A stretch of 64,000 bases of DNA from Octopus bimaculoides (Eukaryota): positions 60,469,809 through 60,533,808 of the forward strand of contig NC_068993.1 in NCBI RefSeq assembly GCF_001194135.2, read 5' to 3'. A model generated the notes under the pieces. That model was not told where the DNA came from and made no database searches. It saw only the letters and a program-made list of their open reading frames with translations. Both the position numbers and the translations under genes were made by a program. This document shows positions 49,592 to 60,901 of the stretch, piece by piece. Position 1 is the first letter of the stretch. Each line of letters starts with the position of its first letter.

Positions 49592-50649
49592 GCACGCACA
49601 TATATCTCGTATATATTCGCGTGTAAGAAACCCCTAACTTAGAGAAGGAAATTTGACGAAAAAATATTATAGTTAAATTGAAGATAATAATTTGTTACAT
49701 TAATTTAAAAAACTAATGAATATTTATGGCATGTAGGTATTAGAAGAAATTACATCTGTGGGGAAAATATCGGGGTATCAGAATTTTGGAGAAATCATAT
49801 TAACAGTAAAATTCACTTAAACAGAACATTATAAGAGATATACAGAAAAAAAAAGATATATAACTGTTGCGAAATAAATATAAAAAAACGAACATTCTAG
49901 CAAATTGTTTATCTTTGGTATATTGGAAATTATAAGTTCAAGGATATGTAGTTAATTAGCGACATAAACAAGTAATTAGCTGCGTAATCAAGCGAGTTTC
50001 AAAGCCTTGAAGAAATATAAATTTTAGCAAGGTAGGACTCCCCCACCCTGAGAAGATGACATTTTTATTGAAACATTTAAGAGATAAACACACACACACA
50101 CGTATATATATATATATAGATGCCTATCTACATACACATCAGTAAATATATCCACAATATAGATTTACAGAAGAACAAAACAAGAAACACAATTACGCGT
50201 TATTCTCTGATTGGCACGCGGAAGAACAGTTGAGGAGAGGGGGTTAAAGACGAGGGGGCGACGTGGATGGACTGAAAAACTAGAAGTAGCTAAGGTTTAT
50301 ATTCATACGTTGCGCAGAAGAGATACCCAGGTTTAAAATTAGATGGTTTTGTCCCATGCGCCTGCAGGAGTTAGATAATCTATAGCACAGGAAAATACCA
50401 TAGTTTAGGAGATGGTGGCCAGTAAGTAGAGCCGGATAAGTTAAAGTGACGAGTTACAGTATTTGAGGAACCACTCGACGTTGTGATTGACATTAAGGAA
50501 ATGCTCACAGGACCGGTTACCCAAAAGGCACCACATCTCATCTATACATTGTGCAGTGCAGAGTTTGTGCATTATGTTATATGTTATACTTTACACCCAG
50601 CGCAAACGCACACATACATATATACATACACACACACATAAAGTTAACA

Positions 50650-51058
50650 GACGTAGGAGTGGCTGTGTGGTAAGTAGCTTGCTTACGAACCACATGGTTC
50701 CGGGTTCAGTCCCACTACGTGGCACCTTGGGCAAGTGTCTTCTACTATAGTCTCGGGCCGACCAAAGCCTTCTGAGTGGATTTGGTAGACGGAAACTGAA
50801 AGAAGCCCGTCGTATATATGTATATATATATATATGTATGTTTGTGTGTATGTTTGTGTGTATGTTTGTGTGTCTGTGTTTGTCTTCCCAACTTCGCTTG
50901 ACAACGATGCTGGTTTGTTTATGTCCCCGTAACTTAGCGGTTCGGCAAAAAGAGACGATAGAATAAATACTAGGCTTACAAAGAATAAATCCTGGGGTCG
51001 ATTTGCTCGACTAAAGGCGGTGCTCCAGCATGGCCACAGTCAAAAGAGTAAAACAAGA
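50650..51058 (+). mobile_element. Best-preserved full-length SINE family A copy
   Basis: GGAGTGGCTGTGTGGTAAG (A box), CCGGGTTCAGTCCC (B box), CCTTGGGCAAGTGTCTTCT CORE-like block, internal (TA)/(TG) microsatellite, 3' end GCATGGCCACAGTC. Confidence 0.92.
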
Positions 51059-52052
51059 TATTTATTAAATTTACGCTTACAGAAAGAAAAGGAAACAAGA
51101 GTATGTGATTTTACGTGCTTAAGGTCTTTGCTAGAAAGACACCGAGAGGAAAAGTCTGGAAAAAAATAGCCAGAAATGAAACGGGAAATAACAGGAAAAT
51201 CGGTTATAGACTATGTTAAGCCTCGTTGAAACTGAACGGAAGTTAGAGATGACCGGAAGTTAAATGGAATGAAAGAGGTTTCATACAAACAAGTGCAACA
51301 GTGGATGAAATTATACGTGTATGTGTGTGTGTAATGATATATGCAGTTACTTTCCTGGTTTTATACTCATTAAATTTCACTGGATCTTATTCGTCGGCTT
51401 GATTCTAAGATAGTAGAACTATAGAGTTACGAAGCGCACAGCCATAACTGTGAGATTGGCGGAAAGGAAGAATGCGAGAGAAGAAGAAGACAAGAAGTTG
51501 GGGGTGAAATAAGGTTCTGGGGAAAGAGAGAGAGAGAGAGCGAGGACGAGAGAGTAAGAGAAGTAAAGAAGGGGAAGAAAAAAAGAGTCGAGAAGAGAAA
51601 AAAACGACAAATATTACGAGAAATAGAGACGAACATTGTTTGAGAAAGATAAGGGGGGGGGGAGAAAAAGAGAGGAAGAGGAAGAAGTAGAGAGAGAGGG
51701 AGAGAGGAAGCGAGAGTGTATGTTATTGAATCCTAGAAAGAGGAAAAGATAGAGTGAAACACACACATACACACATATACATAGTGAGCGAGGGCGAGTG
51801 AAATGAGCAAGACAGACAAAACGAAATAGAAAATCAGCGACTAAGAATAGTAGAGAGAAAGAGTAGTGAGGGAGAGTGAGAGAGAGGGGAGGAGGAGAGA
51901 GAGGAAAAGAAGAAATCGAAAATATTTAAATCTAATTAAAGAACATTATCGATCCAGGATCGATTAAAAGCAAAATCGATTCCGTCGGGATTTGAACCCA
52001 TAACAAGGCATTTAGTGCAAACGTTGTCTGTTTTTGCAGTACACCCTACACG

Positions 52053-52111
<59 letters not shown>

Positions 52112-53039
52112 NNNNNNNNNNNNNNNNNNNNNNNNNNNNNNNNNNNNNNNNNNNNNNNNNNNNNNNNNNNNNNNNNNNNNNNNNNNNNNNNNNNNNNNNN
52201 NNNNNNNNNNNNNNNNNNNNNNNNNNNNNNNNNNNNNNNNNNNNNNNNNNNNNNNNNNNNNNNNNNNNNNNNNNNNNNNNNNNNNNNNNNNNNNNNNNNN
52301 NNNNNNNNNNNNNNNNNNNNNNNNNNNNNNNNNNNNNNNNNNNNNNNNNNNNNNNNNNNNNNNNNNNNNNNNNNNNNNNNNNNNNNNNNNNNNNNNNNNN
52401 NNNNNNNNNNNNNNNNNNNNNNNNNNNNNNNNNNNNNNNNNNNNNNNNNNNNNNNNNNNNNNNNNNNNNNNNNNNNNNNNNNNNNNNNNNNNNNNNNNNN
52501 NNNNNNNNNNNNNNNNNNNNNNNNNNNNNNNNNNNNNNNNNNNNNNNNNNNNNNNNNNNNNNNNNNNNNNNNNNNNNNNNNNNNNNNNNNNNNNNNNNNN
52601 NNNNNNNNNNNNNNNNNNNNNNNNNNNNNNNNNNNNNNNNNNNNNNNNNNNNNNNNNNNNNNNNNNNNNNNNNNNNNNNNNNNNNNNNNNNNNNNNNNNN
52701 NNNNNNNNNNNNNNNNNNNNNNNNNNNNNNNNNNNNNNNNNNNNNNNNNNNNNNNNNNNNNNNNNNNNNNNNNNNNNNNNNNNNNNNNNNNNNNNNNNNN
52801 NNNNNNNNNNNNNNNNNNNNNNNNNNNNNNNNNNTATATATGTATATATATATCGATATAGATAGATAATAATGAGGGATTAGCAATTCAGGCAAAATAC
52901 CTCATAAGCTCTGTTGGCCCACTAGGCTAACAGTATTATTTAGATTAGTGAAAAACTCCATCTAATATTTTGGTAGGATCCCAGTTTATGGTTCATCACC
53001 ATTCTACATTGTAAATCCGTGGATTTATATAAATATATA

Positions 53040-53481
53040 CATATTATCGACCCCCACATACTCAACGTATGCTCTCTGCTTGTTCTCCAGTAGGCCGCGG
53101 ATAGCGCGGTAGGGATGACTTTCTCAAAGCGTGCTGGGTGACAACTCACCCCAAATTTCGTTCAGGAGTGTTGGACATCGATGTTTCACCATACTTGTAT
53201 TTTTGTGCCTTATCAACATCACATACCCGAATTGAATCCGAGCGAACTGAATCACTGGCGTCGGAGACTATATACAAATAGAATAAAAACCATTTGTTAA
53301 TGGTGAAACATCGATGTCCATCGCCCCTGAATAAGATTTGGTGCGAACTGTACCACCTGTCTATGACTTCCAGCTGTTTTAGCAGACAGCACCTTGACGG
53401 AGGCATCACCACTGCGCTGTTTCGCAGCCCACCGGCAAACAAGCATGATACATCCATTGAGTATGTGTGGTCGATAATGTC
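53040..53481. mobile_element. TA-flanked MITE with long diverged TIRs (Tc1/mariner-type inferred)
   Basis: Left arm 53040-53192 is an inverted copy of right arm 53300-53481 (ATTATCGACC..CACATACTCAA outer ends; perfect inner GGACATCGATGTTTCACCA); TA on both sides. Confidence 0.8.
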
Positions 53482-53939
53482 TACAACACCAGCGCTGCTT
53501 CTAATTCATATTTGAATACACACACACACACACACACACATCATATTTGTGTGTGTATGTGTGTGTATACTCGTTGTTCACGTAGTGTTACTTATTGTTT
53601 AGATTCAACAGTGACCACACTCCGCAATATTTAGGACTATGCATAGATCCTTTATGTAACGTGTCCTTACTTTTTAAGGGTATAATTTGTGGGAGAGTTT
53701 TGATTGTTATTTTTAGTTGAGCTTATCCTATTGGCTGTTCATACCAGCGATCTACTGGGGATCGTTCAATGAACCACAGTTCCAGTCTAAAACTGATTTC
53801 CTGTTGTTTATCATCATCAGAAACCAATATTACTTTGAGTAAACATTTGTGAGGTTTTGTGCAGCTTTGGATTGCATCTCATCATCAGACCAGTGGGTTT
53901 TTAATGGTATCGATATATCTAGAGAGAGTAGCAATGGAT

Positions 53940-54600
53940 TAGTGATGGTAGTGGTGGTGGTGGTGGTGGTGGTGGTGGTGGTGGTGAGGTGGATGTAGAG
54001 AGATGGAATCCGATATTGAATGCGAAANNNNNNNNNNNNNNNNNNNNNNNNNNNNNNNNNNNNNNNNNNNNNNNNNNNNNNNNNNNNNNNNNNNNNNNNN
54101 NNNNNNNNNNNNNNNNNNNNNNNNNNNNNNNNNNNNNNNNNNNNNNNNNNNNNNNNNNNNNNNNNNNNNNNNNNNNNNNNNNNNNNNNNNNNNNNNNNNN
54201 NNNNNNNNNNNNNNNNNNNNNNNNNNNNNNNNNNNNNNNNNNNNNNNNNNNNNNNNNNNNNNNNNNNNNNNNNNNNNNNNNNNNNNNNNNNNNNNNNNNN
54301 NNNNNNNNNNNNNNNNNNNNNNNNNNNNNNNNNNNNNNNNNNNNNNNNNNNNNNNNNNNNNNNNNNNNNNNNNNNNNNNNNNNNNNNNNNNNNNNNNNNN
54401 NNNNNNNNNNNNNNNNNNNNNNNNNNNNNNNNNNNNNNNNNNNNNNNNNNNNNNNNNNNNNNNNNNNNNNNNNNNNNNNNNNNNNNNNNNNNNNNNNNNN
54501 NNNNNNNNNNNNNNNNNNNNNNNNNNNNNNNNNNNNNNNNNNNNNNNNNNNNNNNNNNNNNNNNNNNNNNNNNNNNNNNNNNNNNNNNNNNNNNNNNNNN

Positions 54601-54660
<60 letters not shown>

Positions 54661-54813
54661 ACTGGTGCTGCTGCTACTGATGATGAGGAGGAGGAGGGAG
54701 GAGGAGGGGGACGATGATAATGATGAGAATGATGATGATGATGATGATATTCCTACTACTACCATCACAACTGCAACTACTGCTACCACCACAAACACCA
54801 CCACTACAACCCT

Positions 54814-54874
<61 letters not shown>

Positions 54875-54880
54875 ACTAAA
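53940..54880. repeat. (GGT)n ... N-gap ... (ACT/GCT/GAT)n compound repeat
   Basis: Direct reading. Confidence 0.9.
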
Positions 54881-55013
54881 TGCGTACACATGTTTGCAAG
54901 CCTAAATTGCTAAAGACTTTACGTCCGTATGGCATAGCAGCTTCACACCTAGACACACACGCACCCATACACAGCTGTGCATGCAATCATACACGCATAC
55001 ACACACACACACA

Positions 55014-55065
<52 letters not shown>

Positions 55066-55191
55066 TAGAGGCACACATGCGCCGCCCGCACATACATACA
55101 AGCATACTCACGGATGCATGGAAACACATTTTAATTGATAGACATACGCATATGCATTCCACTCTACATACATGCGCACACTATACACACA

Positions 55192-55229
<38 letters not shown>

Positions 55230-55253
55230 GCACTCTTTCTCACACACGCACAC

Positions 55254-55289
<36 letters not shown>

Positions 55290-56262
55290 GTGCACACATG
55301 CACATATCAAACTGACAGATACATACAAAACAGGTAAGNNNNNNNNNNNNNNNNNNNNNNNNNNNNNNNNNNNNNNNNNNNNNNNNNNNNNNNNNNNNNN
55401 NNNNNNNNNNNNNNNNNNNNNNNATGAGCATACATATACACACGCATCATGTGTGCACTTAACAAATTATTTCTTCTAATGCTTTTGCCTCGAAAAGCAA
55501 GCAATAAAGAGATGATTGTGACACAAAATACACTGACCTTCTTATTTCACAAATTACTTGGAGAACCTCTTGATTTTAACTACTTCTATTTGTTGTTGTT
55601 GCTGTTGCTGTTGTGGTGGTTCTGGTGGTGGTTGAAATTGTTCTTGTTGTTGAGCTAGCTTTGATTTTACGGGTCTTTGATCAAAGGCGTTCCATTTGTG
55701 GCTGTCTAAAATTTTTGTATTGCCCGGACCATCATAAGTAATGTGTTTGCATTTTTGTGCGTGGTTAGAGTGAGTTTTGGTTGTTATTTCTAGGAAGCTG
55801 AACGACTATGTAGATGTTCCTTCGTTAGCTTTATTTTACCCAGTTGTTGCTGTTGTTGATGCTGTTGCTTTATTCTAGGTTAGCCTTGATTCAGCAGAAC
55901 TATTTTCAAAGGCGTTCCAGCCATTTTCCTAAAGAAGTTTTCCCAGACATAATGCATCAAGAATTACAATATAGAATCCATTCTTCCCTTTTTATGACAT
56001 TAAAAGTGTAATATGAGGGTGATTTAGTTACTTTTTCTAGCAGATCGTGTGACCGCGTAGAAGCTTCTTTAATGGTTGATTTTTTTTTCTTATTGTTCAA
56101 CTTCTTAAATGTGTTTGTTGTTCAAGAGTCATTTAAATCAAATAGCAATTGGTATTCAGTGACAATATTTGGCTAANNNNNNNNNNTCATTTAAATCAAA
56201 TAGCAATTGGTATTCAGTGACAATATTTGGCTAAGAGAGAGAGAGAGAGGGGTGGTGGGAAG

Positions 56263-56306
<44 letters not shown>

Positions 56307-56872
56307 GAGAGAAAGAAAGAAAGAGAGAAAGAAAGAGAGTAAGAAAGAAGGAGAGAGAGAGAGAGGAGTCAAGATTCGTACGTGTAGATTCTGCCGCGTT
56401 CGACTTCGCTTTTCGCCCGATGTTAGGCTGTTAAATAATCACTCATTATTTGATTGGTACAATAAATAAATAAATAAATAAATAAATATGCCCCTGTACT
56501 AGTTATTCCCGTAGCTTCATTTTTACGTTCGTTCAAATCCCATAGAGGTCGACTTCATCATTAATCCACCCAGGGATCGATAAAATAAATTCCGGTCAAG
56601 TTATGCGGATTTACATAATCTCAACAGTTCCTTAAAAAAAAATTTATGGCTTCGTGCCAATGTTATTAATGAAATATTAATTAATTCGGAGATCAAGCGA
56701 CAGCTGTAATAAAATACTTGCAGAGAAACACCTCTCCTGACAGTGTAATTGGCGTGAGTGTGCTGCTGGTAGACGAGTAGAGGTGACGGTTGCCCCAGTC
56801 ACCGGTTTCTCCCATCCTTATGCGAGCAAGAACCCTTAACGTTATTTTTTTTCTTGCTTACATCATATCTAA

Positions 56873-57165
56873 CGAAGGCGCGTGGCCTGGTGGTTAGGAT
56901 GTTGCATTCACGATCGCTAGATCGTGGATTCGATGCCTCGACCTGGTAGCACGTTGCGTTCTTGAGGAAAACACTTCGTTTCACGTTTCTCCTGTCCACA
57001 CAACAATAAAACGATAAGCTTGCGGTGGCCTGGCTTTCCCATCAGAGAGAATGTGGAGCCTGTTCGCCTTGCCAGCGGGGTGGCATCATTGGAAAGCTAG
57101 AAGGATGCAAGGAAGTATATTGTGACCAGTGAGGTATAACAACATCCATTAGTCTGGTCGATACA
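56873..57165 (+). mobile_element. Full-length SINE family E
   Basis: GGCGCGTGGCCTGGTGG A box, GGATTCGATGCC B box, CTTGAGGAAAACACTT block, GGTGGCATCATTGGAAAGCTA..GTGACCAG 3' block shared with 63390-63640. Confidence 0.82.
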
Positions 57166-57375
57166 ATAAGTTTTAAAGAAAATGTCTAGAGAAAACAAAT
57201 CAACCAGACTATCTGTGTCTATATAGCTACATGCATATACATGCATATCTATCTGTGTCTATATAGACTATCTGTGTCAATGTAGCTACATGCATATGCA
57301 TGCATAACAATTCAGGCCTAAATATGGTGGGGATCTTACATATTGTGATGTTGAGGATTGAAGAACTTGGGTTAA

Positions 57376-57605
57376 CCGAGATTATCCACGAAATAAGAAG
57401 ACAGGAACTCCTTCTAGAGGTGTTTAAAATCTAAAAACCAAACAGGGGATTACCCCAATAACATTTCATGAATATTTTGGTGTGCGTTAGAACATTATGT
57501 TGTGTGGGAAACGGTGTCATTAATTCTATACATTAGTCTGGCATTCACCTTCAGGAAGAGAGATCTCTGTCTGTCGTTTGTTTGTCTGCCTCTTCCACCC
57601 CTCAG

Positions 57606-57645
<40 letters not shown>

Positions 57646-57819
57646 GTTCTTTATTTCTAAGCCACCTAATGTTGTGAACGTGGGAATACCATTTACAGAG
57701 ATTCTAGTTTGATCCACTCTTGTCTGCATTATCTTTATCTTTCAATTATTTATATTGTCTAATATCGGTAGAGTGAACTAGCCGGATATTTAATCTACGA
57801 TTTACGTGGATAATCTCTG
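57376..57819. mobile_element. TTAA-flanked MITE candidate
   Basis: TTAA|CCGAGATTATCCACG ... CGTGGATAATCTCTG|TTAA; 14/15 matched inverted ends. Confidence 0.5.
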
Positions 57820-58359
57820 TTAATCAAAGTTTCTCAACTCGCTAAATTTTATCCCCGAAACCTTAGCGCCAATGTGTAATGGTCGTTGGCCAGAATGCTT
57901 CCTTGATGCATTTCCTCTTTGTCCTTTGGCGAAACATCAGCTTACTCAAATCAGATTCACATTACACCAGTTCCAAACACCCGAGACTATAACCAAATCC
58001 ACTCTTTCTCACAATTAACTCCTCCACTCCCGTCGCTACCCTCTCCCCCACTCACATTCTCCTCTCTATCATCATCTCTGTCATTTCCGATGTATTGTAT
58101 GAATCACGAGTAAATAGGTAAACAAATGACATTTAAGAACTTCAGAACTTCTAAACGGATTTATTGTTCTTTACTGTTTACTGTTGCATTTTTTTTGTTT
58201 GTTTTTGCTGATATTTAAGATTTTTGACATACAATTTCATACAAGCGTCTGATGAAATATCAAAAGGAAAGCGAAAAATGGTTTTTAAAAAAATTAACAC
58301 TTATTCAAGTTCGGTATTTATGGTGGAATTTCATTAATGAATAATGATTTCTCAAAGAG

Positions 58360-58570
58360 GCACAAGGCCTCAAATCTGGCGGGAGGGAACAATCGATAAT
58401 GTTGAACCGAGCAGGTGATAAATACTTTGTTTTACCGATTCCGGAACGAAGAAACCCAAAGTCGGCGTTGGCTGATTTTAAACTCTGAACGAAGATACCG
58501 GAACAAATCCCTCAAGGTATTTGGAAACAATGATCTAGCGACTTTGTCAATCCACCGATTCACTCACTAT
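58360..58570 (-). mobile_element. Diverged SINE family B
   Basis: GGCACAAGGCCTCAAATCTGGCGGGAGGG..AATCGAT..AAAGTCGGC..TTTAAACTCTGAAC. Confidence 0.6.
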
Positions 58571-58962
58571 TCGAGTTCTAGATCAGCGGTTCTTGCAAAA
58601 AATATTTTTAAAATAAAAACTATGGTTGAAATAGATAGAACGTCAAATATCTTTTGGTATTTGGTTACATCCCTTTACCTTCTGAGTTTAAGTCGACTTT
58701 TCCTTTAAACTCTCCCTTCGAAAATGGTAACTTAAGTATTAGAAAAAGCACCGAGGTTTGATATAATCGATTGAAGCATTAGAATCAGCAAAGATGTTAT
58801 ATGAGCTGTGAATAAAAGCTTTATTTATATCGACTTATTTATAATAGCTTAATTTATAGAAGGACATAACTAGCAAAAAACTGGGATATTTCATGTTTTT
58901 TTAAACGTTCGTAATTCCGTTTCTATGCAGAAATTTATAGAACGTGAACACTTGATTCATTA

Positions 58963-59268
58963 AACAGTTCTATATTTAAGAGATGAGCAATTATGTACAT
59001 TATTTACATTATTTACATTTGACGGGCATATGGTGTAATGGTTCAGAGCGCAGGCTACTAACCTCAAGATTCCGAGTTCGATTCCAGGCAGTGACCTGAA
59101 TAATAATAACGATAATAATAATAATAATATCGAAAAATACCTAAGGAACGAGAACCCAGGATCGAAATTTCCCTAAGACACCCGATGAAGGCTGGAGGGT
59201 ATATCAGCCGAAACGTTCTGTTAACAACAAACAAGATGAGGACAAATATCCGTCAAATGTAAATAATG
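58963..59268 (+). mobile_element. Hammerhead-SINE insertion: inverted tail (58965-59025) plus full tRNA-headed copy (59026-59269), with 11-bp TSD
   Basis: A box TGGTGTAATGG (59031), B box GAGTTCGATTCC (59074-85), (AAT)n, hammerhead-like 59175-59222; TTGATTCATTA at 58952-58962 and 59269-59279. Confidence 0.88.
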
Positions 59269-59384
59269 TTGATTCATTATGTTAAAAACTTTGGTTATAT
59301 CTTCGACTTCGACCCATAGTTAAGGTCGATTAAAGCGTAATACTCGAACACACGTATGTCGTCAAAAGCAGAATTATATTTGCT

Positions 59385-59595
59385 TCAAATTTAGGCACAA
59401 GGCCTGAAATTTTCGAGGAGAGAGTTAATCGATTACATCGACCCCAATGCTCAACTGGTACTTATTTTATAACCTCCAGAAGGATGAAGAGGCAAAGTCG
59501 ACCTCGGCGGAATTTGAACTCAGAACGTAAAGACTGCCGAAATACTGCTAAGCATTCTGCTCAGCGTGCTTAACGATTCTTCCTCTTCACCGCCA
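59385..59595 (-). mobile_element. SINE family B, near full length
   Basis: TTTAGGCACAAGGCC..GATTACATCGACCCC..GGCAAAGTCGACCTCGGCGGAATTTGAACTCAGAACGTAA. Confidence 0.88.
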
Positions 59596-60109
59596 TTACA
59601 TGCATCTATAATATTAACCCAAGTGGTCTTTAAGTACAGAAATTATTTTTTGATTTGAGTATTCATTATTTGTTAACTGCTTTGGTTGTTGTTTTTTTAT
59701 TGTCGATGCCATTCTAAACATCTGTAAAACAAAAAAAGCTATAAATTGTCGAGTTTACCTCTTTAATGTCTGCACCATCTGTGACATTTCTACTGTCTTA
59801 CTCTTTAAAACAGAATCTGTCGAGAGAATCTCACATTTCATCCTAGTTTACGTCAGTTGACTTTAAACGACTTGGCGGTTCGTTTCGGGCCCAAACCCCG
59901 CCATCTCACTGCATTGTATCGTACCACACCGCATCACGTTGCTATTAATGTGGAAATCACAAAAGAAATGACTGACGTTTTTCAATCAAATCATTAAAAG
60001 AAACCAGACCTTTCAAATGGAAGGAGCTGCTTCGATTTCTGATGCATCTCTTTTGGAACAATTGCTTCGTACAAAAGGGTTTGGCAAGGGGGACAGAGTG
60101 GGGGGGTCC

Positions 60110-60491
60110 TTTTATCTTTTACTTGTTTTTCAGTCATTAGACTGCGGCCATGCTGGGGCACCTCCTCGAGGAATTTTAGTCGAATGAATCGACCCCCAAC
60201 CCATGCGTTTTAAACCTGGCTCATATTCTATCCTTCCCTTGTGTTGAATCGATACTTTATGGGAACGTAAATACACCGACATCGGCTGTCAATCCATGAT
60301 GGGAAACAAACCCAACACTCACACATACGACGGGCTTCGTTCAATTTCCGTCTACCAAATCCATTCACAAGGCTTTGGTTGGCCTGTTGCTATAGTAGAA
60401 GGCACTTGCTCAAAGTGTCCCACAGTGGGACTGAACCTAAAACTATGTGGTTGGGAAGCAGATTTCTTACCACACAGTCGCGCCTGCGCCT
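60110..60491 (-). mobile_element. Full-length SINE family A
   Basis: Both termini present (TTTTACTTGTTTTTCAGTCATTAGACTGCGGCC ... CTTACCACACAGTCGCGCCTGCGCCT). Confidence 0.9.
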
Positions 60492-60817
60492 ACGGTTTAA
60501 TCATGAAAGACCGATGGCTTGCATCTTTGCATTGCTGGTGTTGGGCTTTGTTTATTGTCGCTGAACAATCATTGCCTGATTCATCCTTAGCTGTAAATAT
60601 GAGTTATGAATAGCTAAAGTAATAGACTTTATCAGGCGGTCGAGCCCGAGGCCCAGCACCAAACGATTGGATGTCTTTGGCTGAGTGGAGTCTGCAAAGA
60701 GAAGCAACAGAAAGCGAGAGAAGGTGGTGGTGGAGGAGGAGGAGGAGAGGAAGTGGAGGAAAGGGAAGAGGATAAAGAAGGGGGTAGGAGAAGGAAGAAT
60801 GAAAGGAGAGGGAATAG

Positions 60818-60901
60818 AAGAAGAAGAAGAAGAAGAAGAAGAAGAAGAAGAAGAAGAAGAAGAAGAAGAAGAAGAAGAAGAAGAAGAAGAAGAAGAAGAA
60901 G
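60818..60901. repeat. Pure (GAA)n tract, about 28 units
   Basis: Direct reading. Confidence 0.97.

Noticed and set aside
59026-59100. tRNA gene (also heads at 15540-15614, 23985, 50650, 56873)
   Set aside because: A and B boxes are present but there is no closed acceptor stem, and each continues into a dispersed-repeat body; these are SINE heads
60552-60682. Minus-strand exon after a strong acceptor at about 60683
   Set aside because: All three frames stop before a credible donor; the acceptor derives from a purine-rich repeat tract
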